Shown in pieces: positions 56,195-64,000 of a stretch of 64,000 nucleotides of DNA. Within the stretch, counting starts at the first letter, position 1. The number at the start of each line of letters is the position of its first letter. The notes below the pieces were generated by a model. That model was given only the letters and a program-made list of their open reading frames with translations. It was not told the origin of the DNA and searched no databases. The position numbers and the translations under genes are program-made. Source of the stretch: the human T2T-CHM13v2.0 reference genome, Homo sapiens; the NCBI RefSeq assembly GCF_009914755.1, contig NC_060934.1; one strand, 5' to 3'.

Positions 56195-56615
56195 TGTTTT
56201 AGGAGTTACTGAGAAATTATTTTAGGCAGATATAGAGGAAAGGGGGTCCTCGGGAAGTTTTTGTTTCTTTTAAAGCAGCTCCAGAAACATTTCTTGTCTA
56301 GCAGGAAAGCCCAGGCTCCTAGAACTGGGCTGGCAAGCTTTGATATGCAAATGCTGGCCATTAGAAACTGGGTTCACCCCAATATGGCAATTCCTGCCAT
56401 TTTCTTCCTCGCCCCCACATGTGCCTGGCAACATGGCTGCCCCTACATATTCCCACATGTGTAGAATATCATGGCACCCTGCATTTGCAGATTAAAAGGC
56501 TACTGTGTGAGGGCCAGTTTGTTCATGGGCTATATGAATGACATACCTGGTCAAATCAATACCCTGAGCCCTATGAAAATCAGACACTGCCTCCTTCAGC
56601 CCCCTTATACAACTG
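56195..56615 (+). mobile_element. LTR9-family (LTR9B-like) ERV1 LTR, 3'-truncated
   Basis: tgttttaggagttactgagaaattattttaggcagat...aaagcagctccagaaac...atgcaaat...catggcaccctgcatttgc; ends abruptly near a TATA-like ttatacaa. Confidence 0.75.
56338..56352 (+). promoter_or_regulatory. SOX-OCT-like composite motif ctttgat-atgcaaat
   Basis: Perfect octamer ATGCAAAT directly preceded by an HMG-box-like heptamer. Motif only; binding not shown. Confidence 0.5.
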
Positions 56616-58242
56616 AGTCTGACCATGTGACAACTTTACTGCTAGCATAACCAGCACTTGAGAAAGCCAGCACACTAAACCTATCTACAACCAGAGTCTA
56701 CATCACTCCACTGCCTCCTCTACCAGATCAGATGCTGGTGTTCATGGCAGGGACACCTGAAGACTAGTCATATCACTGTACTCTTTGCAGACATTCCCCA
56801 TCACCAGCTCAGAGCCCGGTAGCTCCACTAGGTGGCTAGACCCAGAAGAGCAATAACAATCACTGCAGTCTGGTTCTCAGGAAGCCCCATCCCTAGGAGA
56901 AGGGGGAGAACACCACATCAAGGAATCACCCCAGGGGACAAAAGAATCTCGACAGAAGGCTTTGAGTTGCAGACCTTTCCCCAGGTTTGTAGTTTCTCGA
57001 GTAGAGAAACAATTGCAGTGCTGGGTGTAATAGGGAAAGTCTGCACCTATACACCAACAGGCAGGCAGCCCCTGTGATCATGAAGGGCCTTGGAGAAGGG
57101 GTCCTTGTCCCTGCTGGTACTTATTGCAGATAGAGCTGGGGCTTCCCCCACAGGAATGCAACATGGAGGCACCTATGGACAGCCTTTCTGGAACAATCCA
57201 GGATAAGTGCAGCCCAACAAGAGGAGCACCCCCCAGATTTAGGCCTTCATGAGAGGCAGAGTCACATTTCCTCTCCACTTGGAACATCAACATTCCTATA
57301 GATGAAAAGAGGTGCCTGTCTGATCTGAAGAGCTGAAATACTAGGACAGGAGTGAGGCTGCTAGATGAATAGCATTCCTGTTGACCTGGCAGGGGAGCTG
57401 AGGTAGCTCCCAATCTTCACCCTGATAAAACCTCAGCAAAACTAATTGAGAGTTCCCCCAGCTACCCTCATCAAGGCTGGGACCTTGACCCACAACTGGT
57501 GGGTATTACAACTACCCACCTACCTTAGCTGCAACCACTGCCTACCCAGAAATACCTCCCCTATTGGTCTGAAGCCTGAATCATCAGCTCAGTAAATAAA
57601 ACACGAGGAAAGCATTGAATAAATAAATAAAGTGTACACCATGAGAGAAAGAGATAACCTTCAAGAAATTCCTGCCTTTCCAACACCATAGGAGACAGTG
57701 AACTCACTCACACACCAAAAATAAAACTACTACAGTGCAATCAAGGAGAGCCAGGAAACAAAGACTCTATAGCTAAATAACTCATACCAAGTCTTCACCC
57801 CTACAAGCATGAAGAATCAAATTAGTCTAAAATAAACATTAAAGACTGATCCTTAAGAGGGAAAAATTTAAATTAAAAAAAGCCCAATATAAAATAAATT
57901 CAAGAACAATTTTTAGAAATATTCTACCCAAATGAGAATGAACCAGAAAAGTAGTTCTGGTAGTATGACCAAACAGATTCTATAACACCCCCAAAAGATT
58001 ACAGTAGCTTTCCAGCAATGGATCAAAACCAAGACAAAATCTATAAATTGACAGATAAAGAATTCAGAAGGTTGATTATTAAACCACTCAAGAAGATACC
58101 AGAGAAAGGTGAAAATTGACTTAAACTCAAAAAGATATAGAATATCGATAAAAAATTTCTAGAGAAATAGATATCATAAAGAAAACCAGTCACAACTTCT
58201 GGAAATGAAAGACGCACTTAGGGTGTCTTGCTAGAGATCTAG

Positions 58243-58573
<331 letters not shown>

Positions 58574-60718
58574 GGGACTCCTGGGAAATTCATTGCAAAA
58601 AGATTATCACCTAGGGGCAGAGACTCATCAGGTTATCTAAAGTCAAGATTAAGGAAAAAGTCTTAAGAGCTGTGAGACAAAAGCATCAGGTAACCGAAAC
58701 AGGAAAACCTATTAGATTAACAGCAGCTTTCTCAGCAAAAACCTTGCAAGCCAGAAGGGATTGGCATCCTATATTTAGCCTCCTCAAACAAAATAATTGT
58801 CAGCCAAGAATTTTGCATCCAGCAAAACTCAGCTTCATAAATGAAGGAGAGAGAAAATCTTTCTCAGACAAACAAATGCAGAGAGAATTTGCCACTACCA
58901 AACCTCACTATAAGAAATGCTAAAAGGAGTTCTAAGTCTTGAAACAAAACCTTGAAATACACCAAAATAGAACCTTCTTCAAACATACATCTCCCAGAGC
59001 CTATAAAACCATAACACAATGGAAAAACCGAGGTATTTAGGCAATAACTAACATGATGAATAGAACAGTATCTCAAATCTCATCGCTAATGTTGAATGTA
59101 AATGGCCTACTGTTCCAATTAAAAGAAACAGATTGGCAGAATAGATAAAAATCCACCAACCAAGTATCTGCTGCCTTCTAGAGACTCACCTAACAAATAA
59201 GGACTCACATAAACTTAATGTAAAAGGTAGAAAAAGGTATTCCACAAAAATAGAAACCAAAAGCAAGCAGGCATAGCTATTCTTATATCAGACAAAACAG
59301 ACTTTAAAGCAAGAATCATTATTTATATAATGATAAAAGGACTTGTCTAACAGGAAAATATAACAATTCTGAATATATACGTACCTTAACATTGGAGCTC
59401 CCAAATTTATGAAACAATTACTAATAGATGTAGGAAATGAGATTGATGGTAACATAATAATGGTGGGGACTTTAATACTCCACCCGCAGCACTAGATAGA
59501 TTATCGATACAGAAAGACAACAAAGAAACAATGGAATTAAACAGTACCCTAGAAAAAAATGGACTTAACAGATATCAACAGAACATTCCACCAAACAACT
59601 ACAGAATATACCGTCTTTTCATTAGCACCTAGAACATTCTCCAAGATAGTCTATTTGATAGGTCACAAAACAAGTCTCAATATATTTAGGAAAACTGAAA
59701 TTATATCAAGTACTCTCTTAGACCACAGTGGAATAAAATTGGAAATCAACTCTGAAAGGAACCCTCAAAACCATGCGAATACATGGAAACTACCTGCTTC
59801 TGAATGACTGTTGGGTCAGCAATGAAATCAAGATGGAAATTTAAAAAAAATTTGTACTGAATGATGATAGTGACACACCTATCAGAACCTCTGGGATACA
59901 GCAAAAATGGTGCTAAGAGGAAAGTTCATAGCGTTAATTGCCTACATCAAGAAGTCTGAAATAGGACAAATAGACAATCCAAGGTCCAGCTCAAGGAACT
60001 AGAGAAATAAGAACAAACCGAAACCAAACACAGCAGAAGGAAAAAAAAGTAACAAAGATCAGAACAGAACTAAATGAAATTGAAACAACACCACAATACA
60101 CAAGATAAATGAAACAAAAACCTGGTTCTTTGAAAGGATAAACAAAATTGATAGACCACTGGTGAGATTAACCAAGAAAAGAAGAGAGAATATACAGATA
60201 TGCTCAATTAGAAACAAAACAGGAGATGATAAAACCAGTAACACAGAAATACAAAGAATCATGCAAATCTACAATGATCACCTTAACATGAAAAACTAGA
60301 AAATCTAGAAGAGAAGTATAAATACCTGGACATATACAACCCTCCTAGCTTAAACTAGGAAGAAATAGAAACTCTCAACAGACCAATAACAAGTAGCGAG
60401 ATTGAAATAGTAATTTAAAAATTGCCAGCAAAAGAAGTCCATAACTGGGTCAATTCAGAGCTGATTTCTCTCAGACATTTAAAGAAAAATTGATGCCAAT
60501 ACTACTAAAACTATTCCAAAAGATTGAGAAAGAGGCAATCCTTCCTAAATCATTCTATAAAGCCCATATCATCCAAATTCCAAAAGAGGAAAGGACACAA
60601 CAACAACAATAAAAAGTACAGACAAATATCCCTGATAAACATAGATGCAAAAATCCTCAACAAAATACTAGTTAACTGAATCCAACAGCATATCAGAAAG
60701 AAAATCCACCATGATCAA

Positions 60719-61198
60719 GTGGATTTCATACCAGGGATGCAGGAATGGTTTAACATACACAAGTCAATAAAGGTGACACATTACATAAACAGAATTGAAA
60801 ACAAAAATCATATGCTCATTTCAACAGATTCAGAAAAAGCATTTGATAAAATCCAACATCCCTTTATGATTAAAACTCTCAGCAAAATTGATATAGAAAG
60901 GACATACCTCAAAGTAATAAAATCCATCTATGACAAATACACAGCCAGCATCATACTGAAAGGGGAAATGTTGAAAGCATTCCCTCTGAGAACGGGAGCA
61001 GGACAAGAATATCCACTTTTACCACTTCTATTCAGCATAGTATTGGAAGTCCTAGTCAGAGCAATCAGACAAGAGAAAGAAATAAAGGAGATTGAAATTG
61101 GAAAAGAGGAAGTCAAACTGTCACTGTTCACCAATGATGTGATTGTATACCTAGAAAATCCTAAAGACTCATCTAAAGCTCCTAGACTGGATAAATGA
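60719..61198 (+). pseudogene. L1 ORF2 reverse-transcriptase remnant, non-functional
   Basis: 159-aa stretch; catalytic FADD reads FTND and the frame is broken on both sides. Confidence 0.9.
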
Positions 61199-63003
61199 AT
61201 CGGTACAGTTCCAGGATACAAAATCAATGTACACAAATCAGTAGCACTGCTATATGCCAACAACAACAAAGCTGAGAATCAAATCAAGAACTCAATCCCT
61301 TTTATAGCAGTTGAAAAAAAAAACACTTAGAAATATACTTAGCCAATCAGGTGAAAGATCCCTACAAGGGAAACTACAAAACATTGCTGAAAGAAATCAT
61401 CAATGACACAAACAAATAGAAATACATTCTATGCTTATGGATGGGTAGAACTAATATTGTAAAAATGACCATACTGCCAAAAGCAATCTACAGATTCAAT
61501 GCAATTCCCATCAAAATACCACCATCAATCTTCACAGAAATAGAAAAAACAAACCTAAAAATTCATCTGGAATAAAAAAGAGCCTGCATAGCCAAGGTAA
61601 TACTAAGCAAAAAAACAAATCTGAACACATCATATTACCTGACTTCAAACTATACTACAAGCCTATAGTTACCAAAACACCATAGTACTGGTAGAAAAAT
61701 AAGCAGGTATACCAATAGAATATAGTAGGGAACTCAGAAATAAAGCCAAATACTTAGAGCCAACTGATCTTTGACAAAGCATACAAAAACATAAAATGGG
61801 GAAAGACACCCTATTCAACAAATGGTGCTGGGATGATTGCCAACCACATGTAAAAGAATGAAACTGGATCCTCATCTCTCACCTTACACAAAAATCAACT
61901 CAAGATAGATCAAAGACTTGAAACCATAAAAATTCTAGAAGGTAATGTCAGAAAAACTCTTCTACACACTGACTTAGGCAAAGAGTTTATGACCAAGAAC
62001 CCAAAAGTAAATGCAATAAAAACAAAAACAAATAAATGGGATCTAATTAAACTAAAATGCTCCTGCACAACAAAAGAAATAATCAGCAGAGTAAACAGAC
62101 AACCCACAGAGTGGGAGAAAATATCTTCGAACTGTGCATCTGACAAAGGACTATAATCCAGAATCTACAAGGAACTCAAATCAACAAGAAAAAACAAATA
62201 ATCCTATCAAAAAGTGGGCAAAGGACATGGACAGGTAAAATTGTTAAAAGAAGATTTACAAATGGCCAAGAAACATATGAAAAACTGTTCCACATCACTA
62301 ATTATCAGGGAAATGCAAACTAAACCACAATGAGATACCACCTTACTCCTGCGAAAAATGGCCATAATTTAAAAATCAAGAAATAGTAGATGTTGTCTTG
62401 GATATGGTGAAAGGAGAACACTTTTACACTGCTGGTGAGAATGTAAACTGGTACATCCACTGTGGAAAACAGTATGAAGATTTCTTAAAGAACTAAAAGT
62501 AGAACTATCATTTGATCAAGCAGTCCCACTACTGGGTATCTACCCAAAGGAAAAGGCCATTATATAAAAAAGACACTGTACACGCATCATTATAGCAGCA
62601 CAATTTCCAATTGCAAAAATATGGAACCAGCCTAAATGCCCATCAATCAATGAGTGGATAAAGAAAATGCGGTATATATACACCACGGAATACTACTCAG
62701 CCATAAAAAGGAACAAAAGAATGACATTTGTAGCAACTTGTATGGCATTGGAGACCATTCTTCTAAGTGAGGTAACTCAGGAATGGAAAACCAAATATTG
62801 TATATTCTCACTTATAGGTGGAAGCTAAGCTATGAGGTTGCAAAGGCATAAGAATGATTCAATAGGGACTTTGAGGACTCGGGGGAAGGGATAAAAGACT
62901 ACACTGCTTGGGTGACAGGTGCACCAAAATCTCAAAAATCAGCACTAAAGAACTTATCTATATAACCAAAAACAATTTGTTCCTGAAACTCTTGAAATAA
63001 AAT

Positions 63004-63075
63004 TGATGAGGACAAGTATGGAGACTTTTATCATGATCCACTTCTACTTAATGAATATTAAATATACCTTCCTTT
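63004..63075. mobile_element. Tigger2-family fragment
   Basis: gagacttttatcatgatccacttctacttaatgaatattaaatata resembles a Tigger2/MER28 segment. Confidence 0.5.
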
Positions 63076-63084
63076 AAAAATAAA

Positions 63085-63320
63085 AATAAAGTATACAATT
63101 CAGCAGTTTTTCAGCATATTCACAGTTTGTCAGCCATCATCACTGTCTCATTACAGAACATTTAGATCACCAAAAAATATATGCAAAAACCAACCACATA
63201 CTTATTAGCAGTCATTCTCCACACAACCCCTTCCTACAGCCCCAGGCAACCACTAATCAGCTCTCTGTCCAAGAGTTTGTCCATGCTAGACAATTCACAT
63301 AAATCATATAGTATATGGAA
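63085..63320 (-). mobile_element. L1MB-type 3' end fragment
   Basis: aagtatacaattcag...ttagcagtcattctcc...ccccaggcaaccactaatc. Confidence 0.75.
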
Positions 63321-63789
63321 AGGGATTCATTATTTTTCTCTTACATAATCACATTTTAATGAAATATCTGATACTGATTCTGCCACCATTTAAAAACTCA
63401 AAAATTGAATGTCTGTCCCTTCCATAGGGAGCTTACAATTATTTTGGGAATGGTTTCCACTACTTCTGCTGATGATTTCTCTTTTGATCCATTTCTTATT
63501 TGTTCAAATGTAGTTTGTGTTAGAATTAGACAGCTTTTTCTCACCCTTAGTGGCCACTTCTTTTAATTTTTATTTATGATCAAAGATAAAACTCAAAAGC
63601 CAACCATCAATAATCCACTTTGATCATTATCCTCTTAGAAACTCCCAGTTGACCCCTTCTTGAGGCCAGTACCTGCCTCAGCTCTCTAGGAACTGTGACT
63701 CTGCCAAATTCCACTTTGTTCTGGAACTAACTACCTTTTGCTTTCTGTCCTCTGGCTTCACACCTTAAGTTAGGACAGATCTAGCTTAA

Positions 63790-64000
<211 letters not shown>

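Overview
AT-rich, repeat-dense primate genomic DNA. It is almost certainly human, because it carries a full AluYa5 and a Ya4/Ya5-lineage Alu, both with perfect target-site duplications (TSDs). I find no supportable host protein-coding exon, RNA gene, CpG island or CRISPR-like array. Every ORF I can recognise is a broken LINE-1 ORF1/ORF2 remnant, and the rest are Alu/LTR/low-complexity read-through or unassignable short ORFs. The window is layered transposon sequence: two long, internally deleted L1s (L1MA-type about 8.74-15.05 kb; L1PB-type about 56.6-63.0 kb), several truncated L1s, 14 Alus, ERV1 LTRs (MER52, MER4A1, LTR9-like), MaLR LTRs including a complete LTR-internal-LTR MST element nested in an MLT1A0 LTR, Tigger/hAT DNA transposon derivatives (MER82, MER44, MER20), and MIR/L2 fragments. 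The most notable structure not explained by repeat annotation is a set of short locally copied segments at repeat junctions (1060, 20703, 40766, 55700) plus a duplication-inversion at an Alu inside L1 ORF1 (58225-58585); these look like fossil template-switch repair scars. There is also an LTR U3 with a SOX-OCT-like motif fused in sense orientation to an L1 5' region. I see no evidence of a new biological system; these are probably unannotated local instances of known mechanisms. Subfamily names come from my recall of consensus sequences, not from a search, and boundaries of old elements are approximate.
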